NCBI GenBank assembly: GCA_045586125.1
Contig: JAZMZT010000218.1
Location: forward strand, 22,006 to 86,005
Source: Bacteroidaceae bacterium
GTDB lineage: Bacteria; Bacteroidota; Bacteroidia; Bacteroidales; Bacteroidaceae
DNA length: 64,000 nucleotides
Direction: 5' to 3'
This document shows positions 50,888 through 60,600 of the stretch, in pieces. The translations under genes and the position numbers were made by a program. The notes under the pieces were generated by a model. It was given only the letters and a program-made list of their open reading frames with translations. It was not told where the DNA came from and made no database searches. Position 1 is the stretch's first letter, and every line of letters begins with the position of its first letter.

Positions 50888-52063
50888 ATGAGACACTTAA
50901 ATAACAGTAAGCCGCTGGCCGTCACCGTCAGCTATCCGCCACCAAACACCTTTATCAAGATAGTGGCGCAGGATAGCATGAGTACCACGCAGTTCTACCG
51001 TCCTACGGCAAACGAGTGGTACCCAGACCATACTCATGCCCCCATGTATGATGACGGACAGTGTGTCGATGGTCCGCTCCGTCTCCGTCCTCAGTGGATG
51101 GTGGCAGACCCCGACCATATCATAGATCCCTCGGCCCTCTCGCCTACGGTCTATTGGTATGTAAACGGCCAGCAGATAACCTCTACCAGCCCCTCTTCCG
51201 ATTATTATGTTGACTCAGACCAGCTTATAGTACGTAAGAACCTCACACACCTCACTCCCGCCACCATCTATTGCGAGTGTCGCGTCACTGACCCCCGTAC
51301 CAGCACGCCGCTGGTGTTGTCAGATACCATCACCCTTGTGGCAGTGCTCCATGCCGATGAGCAGTGGTGTGTCGAGCTTCTCTCTGCCCGCACCCGTCAT
51401 CACCACCCCCTCTCCTCACCCTCCACACAGTACTCCTTTGTAGGTGAGGCCCGCCTTGGCTCTGCCATCAAGACAGCCGATGTCGCCTGGTTCTGGGATT
51501 ACAGTCTTGACAACGGTGCCAACTGGTCTGCCGTCACACAGGATAAGTATTGGTATGTCAGCGGTCTTGGTACCAGCACTCTGGTCATTGATGTGGACTA
51601 CGTGGATTCCATCTCCATACGTTGTCGCATCAATACAGAGGCCTCCTCTGTGGCCCCCGATATCGCCGCCATGGCTACCGGCTCAATCTCATGGCTCTAT
51701 CCTGATCTCCGCCCCTACGTCTATTCGCTCGGTGGTGATAAGGTCATGTCTGATACCACTGAGATGACCTTCGGTCTTATGGTACACCGTGGCAAGCAGC
51801 CGGACCTCACCCTTGCGCAGCAGCGTGACTGGCTCCTCTGCTCCTGGGTGCTGCGCCAGCAGGGCTCTCAGCAGACTCCCGTCCACCTTGACTCGTCCGA
51901 TGTCATTGTCACTGTGCCTGACACCCGTCTGCGCAGTAACAACGCCACCAAGTATATAGTTGATCCCAACGTCATCTTCCGTGGCCCCTATGATGCCATG
52001 ATAACCTCTGGTAATGATGTCATGCAGACCTCTGCCGGTGATGTCATGTTTATGCGTAACTAA
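50888..52063 (+). CDS. hypothetical tail/fibre-module protein
   Basis: ORF track, 391 aa. Confidence 0.55.
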   Translation: MRHLNNSKPLAVTVSYPPPNTFIKIVAQDSMSTTQFYRPTANEWYPDHTHAPMYDDGQCVDGPLRLRPQWMVADPDHIIDPSALSPTVYWYVNGQQITSTSPSSDYYVDSDQLIVRKNLTHLTPATIYCECRVTDPRTSTPLVLSDTITLVAVLHADEQWCVELLSARTRHHHPLSSPSTQYSFVGEARLGSAIKTADVAWFWDYSLDNGANWSAVTQDKYWYVSGLGTSTLVIDVDYVDSISIRCRINTEASSVAPDIAAMATGSISWLYPDLRPYVYSLGGDKVMSDTTEMTFGLMVHRGKQPDLTLAQQRDWLLCSWVLRQQGSQQTPVHLDSSDVIVTVPDTRLRSNNATKYIVDPNVIFRGPYDAMITSGNDVMQTSAGDVMFMRN

Positions 52064-52092
52064 AATGTCAAACCCTATAAACAAGTACAACA

Positions 52093-53949
52093 ATGAGTAA
52101 AGCAAAACCACTGCCCGCCGGAGAAACCATCTCCAAGGTGTATGTTCTTACGGCACAGGGCTCACTCGTTGAGGCTACTCCAGAGCAGGTCATGGCTATC
52201 CTCCAATCCGGAGGTGTGTTGCTCACAGACCAACTCGAAAGCCTCAAGTCCTCTGTCGAGGCACTCTCTGACCTCTATGGCCATAACGTTGAGGGTTATG
52301 TCCGTGTTGCCGGCATCTCTGATCCCGCACTCAGTTTCAAGACCTACTCACGTGGTGTAGGTATGGAGTCTGTCTTTGATGCTCTTCGTCCCGTTCTGGT
52401 TGAACGTGGTACTGGTAAACCCCTCCATGTCCTCAACCCCCTCAATTGGTATGTTGACCAAGGTGGCCATCCTGTCTCTCTCGATGGCTCTGACGGTGAC
52501 TGCTACATCACCAACATAGTTGACCTCTATGAGATTAGCGGTAAAGTCACAGTAGGTGGTGTCGTCTATGACGTATTCCTCCGTTCACGTACCATGTTTG
52601 AGTGGCAGGGTCACTCCGCCAAGCATATCAAGCCTTTCGGTCTCAGCCCTGACAACGTGGTTGCACACCTCAACTCAGAGACCAATAAGACTGAGATGCG
52701 CTCCGTCTGCAACCCTTCATTTAACGGCTCATACACCGCTATGACCGGCCTTGAGGGTAAGTTCGTCTATTCAGGCGTAGGTGATGGTGTCACAGACTCG
52801 TATGATGGCTCTGCCTCTATCTTCGGTGGTGCTGGTGGCTTGCAGACCACAGACCTTGACCTCCCCACCGGCGAGCAGTACGCCATGAATCTCAACGCTG
52901 ATCCTACCAAGACCGAGCCATTCTTTAACGAGCACGCCCGTGCCGTCGAGATCATGACCGGTCATATCATTGCAGAGGGTGGTACCTTCGATGCTCACCG
53001 CTCATCTCTAATGGGTTCCGGTAACAGCAGTAATGATGCTGTGTCGGCCAACAGTTTCCTCGCCTCGAACACTGCTGCCGTCAACGGCGCACGTTACGTA
53101 GGCTCTGACGGTACCACCGTCCGTTACGCCGCTCTCAGCCGTACCGGCTTTGCAGGTGGCTCCACCTATCTGGGTCAGATGCTCAACTCTTGGAGGCAGC
53201 CGTGGAAACTCTTCGAGCGTCAGCGTGTCATGATTTATGCTCTCCAGAACAACATTGCAGAGCTCACCTGGTTCGCCTTTGAGGGCAACCTCTACAAGTG
53301 GCGTCATGTCGATGGCTTCGCCGGTCCGTCCGAGGGTGCCATGACCTGTGTCATCTGGAAGATGTTCTCCTGCAAGTTCGCCTCTGGCAGTGTCGATCCT
53401 ACCACCGGTTCATCCGTTGCAGGCAACCGTATTGACTTCCTCTTCTCAACCGCCCTCTACCGTGGCTGGCAGACCGATGTCGCACCCTCACGCTGGGTCA
53501 GCGGTCTCATCTTCACCGAGGACAGTTCTGGTACCTACAAGGCCTACTATCAGCCTCTGCAGGCTAACATGCTCAAGTCTCCCACCAATGAGAATCTCTC
53601 CACCTCCACACCTCTGGAGTTTGAGAGTGCCTATGACTATCTTGGTGAGATTACAGGCAAACCTGAGGGCTACCGTAAGGACTATAATGACAGGTGTATC
53701 TTCCTGGCTAAGAATGCTGCCAATGCTACCGGTGGTGGCTTGCATACTTACGTGTGCGGCTATAACTGGTTCACCGGCTCCAACGCCTCAGCAGGCACCC
53801 GTTCTGTCCGTGGGTTCCGTCGTGGTAGCAGCGCTCTCAGTTCATCCCTGTCCCCGTTTTCGTTGGACGCTTACAATTCGCCCTCGCGTTCGGTCTCGAG
53901 CATCGGTTTCGGCACCTGTGTTCAAATCGCAGGTGACTTCCCGGAGTAG
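52093..53949 (+). CDS. DGR target (variable) protein, probable receptor-binding tail protein
   Basis: 618 aa. The last ~50 codons are the VR. It lies in the tail-fibre module. Confidence 0.85.
   Translation: MSKAKPLPAGETISKVYVLTAQGSLVEATPEQVMAILQSGGVLLTDQLESLKSSVEALSDLYGHNVEGYVRVAGISDPALSFKTYSRGVGMESVFDALRPVLVERGTGKPLHVLNPLNWYVDQGGHPVSLDGSDGDCYITNIVDLYEISGKVTVGGVVYDVFLRSRTMFEWQGHSAKHIKPFGLSPDNVVAHLNSETNKTEMRSVCNPSFNGSYTAMTGLEGKFVYSGVGDGVTDSYDGSASIFGGAGGLQTTDLDLPTGEQYAMNLNADPTKTEPFFNEHARAVEIMTGHIIAEGGTFDAHRSSLMGSGNSSNDAVSANSFLASNTAAVNGARYVGSDGTTVRYAALSRTGFAGGSTYLGQMLNSWRQPWKLFERQRVMIYALQNNIAELTWFAFEGNLYKWRHVDGFAGPSEGAMTCVIWKMFSCKFASGSVDPTTGSSVAGNRIDFLFSTALYRGWQTDVAPSRWVSGLIFTEDSSGTYKAYYQPLQANMLKSPTNENLSTSTPLEFESAYDYLGEITGKPEGYRKDYNDRCIFLAKNAANATGGGLHTYVCGYNWFTGSNASAGTRSVRGFRRGSSALSSSLSPFSLDAYNSPSRSVSSIGFGTCVQIAGDFPE
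53798..53911 (+). repeat. DGR variable repeat (VR)
   Basis: Aligns to 54184-54297 at a constant offset of 386 nt: 98 of 114 identical. Of the 16 differences, 15 are at positions where the TR has A. Confidence 0.9.
53913..53935 (+). other. hairpin immediately 3' of VR
   Basis: CACCTG (53913-53918) and CAGGTG (53930-53935) are reverse complements with an 11-nt loop. This is the location where DGR target-site hairpins are found. Confidence 0.5.
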
Positions 53950-54183
53950 TCGTTATCCGCGGGCCTCTGGTCCGCGCCCCACGCAGGTGTGAGCCATTTA
54001 TTCGCACCTGCATAGCATTCGCGGTGGCGGATTATGAATAGGGTGAAAGACCCCGCCACCGCGCCTCGCTGGGAGGCACAAAATCCCATGCCGGAGGCAT
54101 CAACCCCGCCAAGTGATAGTAGCGGTCTCCGGTGAAGGTTGACCCCATGAAGCGTCATGGTGGAAAATGGCGGCTGCAATATT

Positions 54184-54297
54184 CCCGTTCTGTCCGTGGG
54201 TTCCGTCGTGGTAACAACGCTAACAATTCGAACCTGTCCCCGTTTACGTTGAACGCTAACAATTCGCCCTCGAATTCGAACTCGAACATCGGTTTCG
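54184..54297 (+). ncRNA. DGR template repeat (TR)
   Basis: An adenine-rich copy of the VR with 24 A. In the VR frame it reads RGNNANNSNLSPFTLNANNSPSNSNSNIGF (AAC/AAT codons). It has no credible start or context as a gene. Confidence 0.9.
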
Positions 54298-54641
54298 TAA
54301 CCATTGCGCCAATATAGGCCCTACCTATATACACTGATCTTCTACATAGCCGTGCGTGCACGGTTTGGAACATCTTAATAAGTCCTCATGCCTTGTGTGT
54401 TGCCTTCGGGCCGGACTCAGGGAAGAGGCAGTTGCAGAGCCAGCTCATACCAGGGAGCAGACATTTCTTACAGAGGGAGCAGGAATCCCGTCCGACAACA
54501 CAGTATAAGTGGGTTGTAGGACGCGGGGATAGTCAGAACCCCCGCAATCGGCGCACACAGGTGACTGGACCTTTAAACAGTATAATCCGGATTTCCGTAA
54601 GGCGGTCCATGTAGAGAGTATTAACTGAACATAACGGTATA

Positions 54642-55622
54642 ATGAGAAAGAGTACACGTGCCTATATATATGACAAACAGAACCTCCAGCAGGCCTGTTA
54701 CGTCTCCTACCGCGGCAAGTCAAAGCGTCAGCGGCAGAAACCCGAGGTGCGTGTCATTATGGATGACATACCTACATTTGCGGACACCAAGATGTCACAG
54801 ATCCGCTCAGGTACCTATCAGGTTGGGGCATATCGTCACTTCCCGCTTCGTGACCGCAAGAAAATACGTCCCATCTCTGTCCTTCCTCAGGATGACCGTT
54901 GTGTTCAGAACCTCTACAAAGGGGCTTTTGAGCCTCTCGTGCTCCGTCAGGTCACAGATGACATGTGTGCCGGTCTGCCCGGTCGCGGTGTCACCGCCCG
55001 TGACCCTCGCTGGAGCGTAGTCAGTAAGATGAAGCGTGCCATACGCTCCTCTGGGTGCGTCTATATATGGCAGGGTGACATCTCCAAGTATTATGATAAC
55101 GTGCGTAACGTCATAGCCATGCGTTTCATAGAGGGTATCATACATGACCCCGTGGTACTCGGCCTCTTCCGTCAGCACCTCATGCAGATGCGCACGCTGG
55201 CCATCGGCGATCCCTGGTCGCACCTCATCGCCAGCCTCTACATGGCTCCGCTGGTACGTTATCTCAAGCAGAATGGGGCCAACCTCATCAACTTTGCCGA
55301 TGATTTCTTCTGCTGGGCAACCACCAAAGAAGAACTCTGGCGCATACGTCGTCTGGCGCAGGACTTTGCCATACGCACCCTGCGTCTTCATTTCAAACCC
55401 TCCCAGATACGCCGCATGGACTCTGCTCCCGTGCGTTTCTGCGGGTTTGTTTTCTATCCTAACGGAAAGGTGTTCCTCACCTCCGATACTAAGAAACGAT
55501 ATGTCCGTACCCGCCACCGTAGCCGCAGCGTAGCCAGTTACAACGGAATGCTCTCTGTCTGCAACTCACGCCACCTCCGCTATAAGGTCGAGTATCACGA
55601 TAATAACCGTCACGTAGCATGA
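54642..55622 (+). CDS. DGR-type reverse transcriptase
   Basis: 326 aa. NLQQA..YRGKSKR opening, Y..G.Y..F.L.DRKKIRPIS, DDRCVQN, LPGRGV, IGDPWSHLIASLYM, and the catalytic box NFADDFFCW. Confidence 0.9.
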   Translation: MRKSTRAYIYDKQNLQQACYVSYRGKSKRQRQKPEVRVIMDDIPTFADTKMSQIRSGTYQVGAYRHFPLRDRKKIRPISVLPQDDRCVQNLYKGAFEPLVLRQVTDDMCAGLPGRGVTARDPRWSVVSKMKRAIRSSGCVYIWQGDISKYYDNVRNVIAMRFIEGIIHDPVVLGLFRQHLMQMRTLAIGDPWSHLIASLYMAPLVRYLKQNGANLINFADDFFCWATTKEELWRIRRLAQDFAIRTLRLHFKPSQIRRMDSAPVRFCGFVFYPNGKVFLTSDTKKRYVRTRHRSRSVASYNGMLSVCNSRHLRYKVEYHDNNRHVA

Positions 55623-55963
55623 GTGTCAAGAAATCAACCCGTTTCGCCGGCTATCCCCGTAAAGCCGATATGCTCATAGGTAAGCGTCAGACTATTGTCG
55701 ATACCCGTGAGCGTGTCTCTACTCAGAAAGACACCCTTGGTGAGGCCTACTTCGATGTGCAGGCCATCGTCGAGGGTGAAGGTCTCGTCCGCTATAACAC
55801 CGGAGCACGCCTGCTGGTCGAGGAGCTCCGCACCCATGAGCTCCCCTGGCGTGATGCTGTCATAGAGAAAGACTGGCGGGGACTCTACTTTCAGGGCACT
55901 GTCTATACAGTCGAGGAAGAGGAGGCCCTCATACGTCAGAAAATAGGACTCACAGAATATTAA
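55619..55963 (+). CDS. hypothetical protein translationally coupled to the RT
   Basis: 114 aa, ATGA overlap with the RT stop. No resemblance by eye to the helical, basic Avd. Confidence 0.55.
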   Translation: MSVKKSTRFAGYPRKADMLIGKRQTIVDTRERVSTQKDTLGEAYFDVQAIVEGEGLVRYNTGARLLVEELRTHELPWRDAVIEKDWRGLYFQGTVYTVEEEEALIRQKIGLTEY

Positions 55964-55995
55964 CCGCATACATTAACCACAAAATCATAAAACAA

Positions 55996-56370
55996 ATGGA
56001 ACAGCAAAAATTTTCAGAGCGTCAGGCTCTCGGACTCCACAAGTTCACAGGCAGTAACCGTGGCCTTTACTTCATGAATGAGGAGCGCATAGTGAATCCC
56101 AACCCCGAGTATGATCCCCAGGCAGAGGACGGCCCCGCCGCTCAGGAGACCATCGTAGAGTATCAGTATGATGTCTATGACATATCTGATACCCGCCTGC
56201 CTCATAACGTCAAGGATGAGGTCATCAGTGACCGTTATCCTTTCGATGAGGAACACAAGCTCCTCCGTAAGACTCTCGCCAAACTCCTCAAGGAAAATGA
56301 CCTCTATGACGCTGAGGCATATCAGGAGTTTAAGGATTATAACGAGTTCGTTGAATCCGTAAACGCATAA
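55996..56370 (+). CDS. acidic hypothetical protein
   Basis: ORF track, 124 aa, D/E-rich. Confidence 0.55.
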   Translation: MEQQKFSERQALGLHKFTGSNRGLYFMNEERIVNPNPEYDPQAEDGPAAQETIVEYQYDVYDISDTRLPHNVKDEVISDRYPFDEEHKLLRKTLAKLLKENDLYDAEAYQEFKDYNEFVESVNA

Positions 56371-56374
56371 TGCT

Positions 56375-57502
56375 ATGTCCGCGCCCTCCATTTCCAACCA
56401 TTTTGCGTTGACCGCCCTCAAGGATGGAGTCTCCCTCACCGGCTCGCTCCGAGTCGCCGGAGCCCTCTCCCAGAACTACAACGTAGTCACGCACAACGCC
56501 GTCCCGGACTGGAAAAACACCCCCTCAGCGCGTCCCACCATCTACCCCGTGGTCCGCAAGGGTGCCTCATACATACCCAACAGCGCATTCTCATCGCGTC
56601 AATGGTACTACAATGAGGTAGAGATACTGTTTGATGCCAACGGCCGTTCCATCAACTACCTGGATTCGGCCAATGACCCGCTCTTCCAGTCAGGCACCAT
56701 CTCTGTCGATTTGGCCGGAGTCAACTACGTCCTGCCCGCCCTCACCGTCATAGGCAACCTTGCATCTGACAGCAACCTTGACCTTGACTCCATCGCCTTC
56801 CGCGGCTCCACCGAGCTCGTTGCTGGCAGCACCATCGCCTTTGAGGCCAGTGTCGATGTCAAGATCTCGCAGATGACCACCCAAGGCTACCTCGGTCAGG
56901 TAACGCCCGAGAGTGCTATCATCAGTCAGCCCGGTCAGAACGTACAGCTTACGGCTGCCCTCTATGGTGAGGATGGTGCTGTCATCAGCACCAACCTCTT
57001 CTGGGTCAAGTGGTTCAATGCCGCCACCAATACTGAGATTTCCTCTATCAGGAATAACAAGACACCCACCGTCTATGAGAACTCTGATGACGGCACCCCG
57101 TCAGTAGTTGATAACCTCGTCCTCCGTTGTGATTTCTTCTCAGACAGCGGCTATACCAACCGCATAGCCACTGCCTTTGTCTCGGTCGATGACACCCAGG
57201 ATCCGGAATTCCTCTACATCTCGTTCAACAACGGTTCAAGTGACTATTCCGGTCAGGTATCTCCCGGTGAGACAGTGACCATCAACGCCTGGGTCGCCAC
57301 CATGGATGATCCCACCGCCATTAATGCCGGTTACACTGCCTTCGCCCTTACCCTCTATGACGGCCAGCAGGAGGTCATTCCCTCTTCTGCCAGCGGTTAT
57401 CCGTCTGTCACCGTCACAGACCACAAGGCCACCTTCCAGATGCCGTATGACTTCATAGCCGCTCACGGCTATAAGATATCCGGTTTCATCGCTGCCACCT
57501 GA
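56375..57502 (+). CDS. tail fibre-module protein
   Basis: 375 aa. Its N-terminus (SISNHFALTALKDGVS) resembles the N-terminus of the 1736-aa fibre (QISNTFAVSAQKPAVS). Confidence 0.55.
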   Translation: MSAPSISNHFALTALKDGVSLTGSLRVAGALSQNYNVVTHNAVPDWKNTPSARPTIYPVVRKGASYIPNSAFSSRQWYYNEVEILFDANGRSINYLDSANDPLFQSGTISVDLAGVNYVLPALTVIGNLASDSNLDLDSIAFRGSTELVAGSTIAFEASVDVKISQMTTQGYLGQVTPESAIISQPGQNVQLTAALYGEDGAVISTNLFWVKWFNAATNTEISSIRNNKTPTVYENSDDGTPSVVDNLVLRCDFFSDSGYTNRIATAFVSVDDTQDPEFLYISFNNGSSDYSGQVSPGETVTINAWVATMDDPTAINAGYTAFALTLYDGQQEVIPSSASGYPSVTVTDHKATFQMPYDFIAAHGYKISGFIAAT

Positions 57503-57524
57503 TACACCGTCAGCCCTTCACCCC

Positions 57525-57572
57525 GCTCCGCACCGAACGTCCATTCTCGCGTCACGGTGCGGAGCACTTTTT
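57525..57572 (+). terminator. rho-independent-type terminator
   Basis: GCTCCGCACCG (57525-57535) pairs perfectly with CGGTGCGGAGC (57555-57565), followed by ACTTTTT. Confidence 0.6.
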
Positions 57573-57606
57573 GTCCCATTTCCACTCGTCCTGAATAATA
57601 CTTTTA
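57571..57606 (+). promoter_or_regulatory. conserved promoter cassette TTGTCCC-N21-TACTTTTA
   Basis: Fourth copy (the -7 box has a terminal A instead of G). It lies 37 nt upstream of the ATG at 57643. Confidence 0.45.
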
Positions 57607-57642
57607 CTACGTAAATAAATCTCGCTGCCCCGTTTTGCCTAT

Positions 57643-60600
57643 ATGCAACCCCAGATAAGTAACACCTTTGCCGTCTCAGCCCAGAAACCGGCTGTAAGCG
57701 TTGATCATATCAACAATTACTATCTGCTCACGGCTACCCGTACCGTCCCTGCTGTCAATGACCCCGGCTGGGTGCTCGTGGCACCTGGTGGCCAGATTCC
57801 GGTTCCCGTCACCGCCACTCCTTATCTCTGGCACAAGGCCGTCACCATCCTTACTGATGGTACGGAACTTGACCCCTACGTGGAGTTTGGCGGCTCGCTC
57901 GGCCAGAACGGCATAGACTATGACCTGGTACCGTCACACTCCACAATCATCCATAAGGAGGATGACTCCTATGATCCTACTCAGGTCTCCTGTGGTCTCA
58001 TCCTCCGTAATGCTGATGGTACCGCAACACAGCAGAACACCGTCCCTGCAGGTTACTCCGTACAGGTCAGCATAGACAATGCAGCAGCTTCCTCCTATAC
58101 TCTCGGCACCAACATAGCCACGGCAAACCACACCGTCATCAGCTTCATCCTCAAGTACGGCTCCATCGTCATAGAGCGTCATGACATCCGTGTGTTCACC
58201 GAGGGCTCTCAAGGCCTCCAAGGTCGTGGTATCTACTCAATGGATACCCGTTTCAAGGCCAATGCCACCGGTACAACCCCCGCTTGTGCCTCTGATACCG
58301 ACTGGGCTGGTTGGTCAACCCTCAGTGCTGCTGGTTATTCTTCTGAGAATAAATACCTCTTCCGCTGTGTCCGCACCGTCTATCTGGAGTCTGACGGTAC
58401 CTACTCTAATCCCGAGTTCGTCATAGACGGCCCTACCGTCTGGGGACATGATGCCGAAGATGTATATGCTGTAGATCTTACCAATCAGTCTGATATCATA
58501 CCCACAGATTCTGAGAGTAAGACTACTGGGCAGAGAATCCTCTCTACAACAATACGTCTCTATAAAGGTGCAACGCCGCAAACTATAAACAAACCCACGG
58601 GCGACCATCTCAAGATAGCAGGTATCGCGCCAGTTGTCAGTCCTGACTCCAACACCGCTACCGGTTATACCCTCACCTGGACTATCCCGGCTGCTACCAC
58701 CATCAGCTTTGAGAAACTCAGCATAAAGATAGATGCCAATAGTGATTTCTCCGCCGTGTTCTCTCTGGCTAAGGTCAAGTCAGGTGCAGCGGGAGAAAGT
58801 CCTACCGTCTATCAGATACTCCCTTCTGCCGACCAGTATAACGTTGCGCGTGACGGTAATAACTACGTTCCCTCCACCGTCAGTCCCGTCTGTGGCTATG
58901 TCAAGAAAAAAGGCAGCACTACAACAATCGTCAATGAGGTATCTGCTGACTTTGACAGTCTAAACCTCTATTTCCGTCGTAAGAGCCGCAGCACCGGCAC
59001 CTGGGAGGACGGCCTCTATTACAAGTATGCCGATAAGAAAACAGAGAAACTCGTCAACCTCTCTGTTGCTGACTTCAAGGAGATTCAGTTTGTCATTGCA
59101 AATGATGTCTCTGGAGCCAGTGTTCAGGCCGGCAATCTCGGCGGGATACTTGACATAGAGTCCATCCCCATCGTCGCCGACGGCCGGAGCATAACCGGTC
59201 CTGCCGGCCGTGGTGTCAAGAGCATCGTCAGCCGTTTCAAGACCACCACCTCCGATACGGCTCCCGCCGTCCCCGCCTCACTTGAGGACTGGGCCGGCTG
59301 GTCAACCCTTGATGCCGTTACCTATAACGCCACCAATAAATATCTCTGGCGTTGCACCCAGATCATCTACCTCCTGCCTGATGGCACTGATGATACCCCC
59401 GAATACTCTATAGACGGTCCCTCAGTCTGGGGTCATGAGTCTGTAGATCCATTCACCGTTGACCTCTCTAACGAGTCCGATGTCATACCCACAGACTCCG
59501 CAGGCAAGACCACCGGACAGGTGGTCATCACCACCCGTCTGCGTTTGTATGAGGGTGCTACGCTCAAGACCATATCCCGTCCGGACCCGACCACTATACA
59601 AATAGCAGGTATCACGCCATCAGTGTCTCCTGGCACCTCTACGTCATCCTATTATGACATAACATGGACTATTCCTGCTAACACTACAATAAGTGCAGAC
59701 CGCTATGAAGTCACCTTTACACCCAAGACCAACTACAGCGTAGTATTCTCTGTGGTACGTGTAAAAGGAGGTGCCAAGGGCGACTCTCCCGCTGTTTATC
59801 AGCTTAAACCCTCAACAGATCAGTTCTCTATAAGCCGTACTGATGCTAATGGCTATAATCCTGCTACCGTCCAGCTCAAGTGCGGATATGTCAAGATTCA
59901 GGGTACGGATACAACCATCGTAGCAGATAGCACAAGTGCTTTTGACGGTTATCAGATTTATTTCCGTCGTAAAAAACGTGTTGATGATAGTTGGGATTAC
60001 AGCAACAATTCTTTCCGCAAATACACTACAGCCAATTATAACTCATACCTCAAAAGCATAGATGTATCCCTTTACAAGGCCGTAGAGTTTATTATCTGTA
60101 GCAACTCCTCTGCCACTATCAGCGATCCCAATGAGAACTACGCCAATGTCATAGGTCTGATAGACCGTGAGGTTGTTCCAATAGTAGCCGATGGACGGGT
60201 TGGTAACACCGGTTCTACAGGTAATGGTATCTCGTCAGATCAGTTCTTCTATTGCCTTACTCCTACTCAGGTTCCTCCATCAACAGAAAATCTTGACGTA
60301 GAGCACGGCTGGTATGAGAAAGGTTCTCAAGGTTGCCCCACCTACCCCACACAAATGCAGTCATTCCTGTGGGAGTGTGAGTACATACAATACACCACCA
60401 ATCCCAACCTCAACCAGAAAATCCTGCGCCTCAGCAGTTTCTATAATCTGGCCATCCGTCCTCAGTTGCTGCGTAACACCGCGTTTGACGGAGACCTCTC
60501 GGAGGCATGGACTAATCTTACCAATGGTAAGGTCAACCCGGAGGCTATAGGGGCCTGTGCCGGTTATCAGTGTGAACCTTATGATAGGCCTGTAGATTAT

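Larger units (their letters stand above)
52093..55622 (+). mobile_element. diversity-generating retroelement cassette (target gene - VR - TR - RT)
   Basis: See the VR, TR and RT features: an adenine-specific mismatch pattern between two 114-nt repeats, with an adjacent reverse transcriptase. Confidence 0.9.

Noticed and set aside
53348-53992. 214-aa alternative-frame + strand ORF overlapping the DGR target gene
   Set aside because: It has the P/S/T/V-rich low-complexity composition characteristic of the +1 frame of this genome's coding regions. It is nested in the real gene.
53922-54179. 85-aa minus-strand ORF between VR and TR, considered as a possible Avd
   Set aside because: It is on the wrong strand for a DGR accessory gene. 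Its sequence is not helical or basic like Avd, and it overlaps strongly structured GC-rich stems.
54132-54317. 61-aa + strand ORF (..RSVRGFRRGNNANNSNLSPFTLNANNSPSNSNSNIGF..)
   Set aside because: This is the DGR template repeat read in the VR frame. It is N-rich because of the AAC/AAT design and has no start context of its own. It is annotated as the TR, not as a gene.
54393-54614. 73-aa ORF in the TR-RT spacer
   Set aside because: It lies in the region expected to be the noncoding DGR spacer RNA and has an R/S/G/Q-rich composition. There is no supporting signal.
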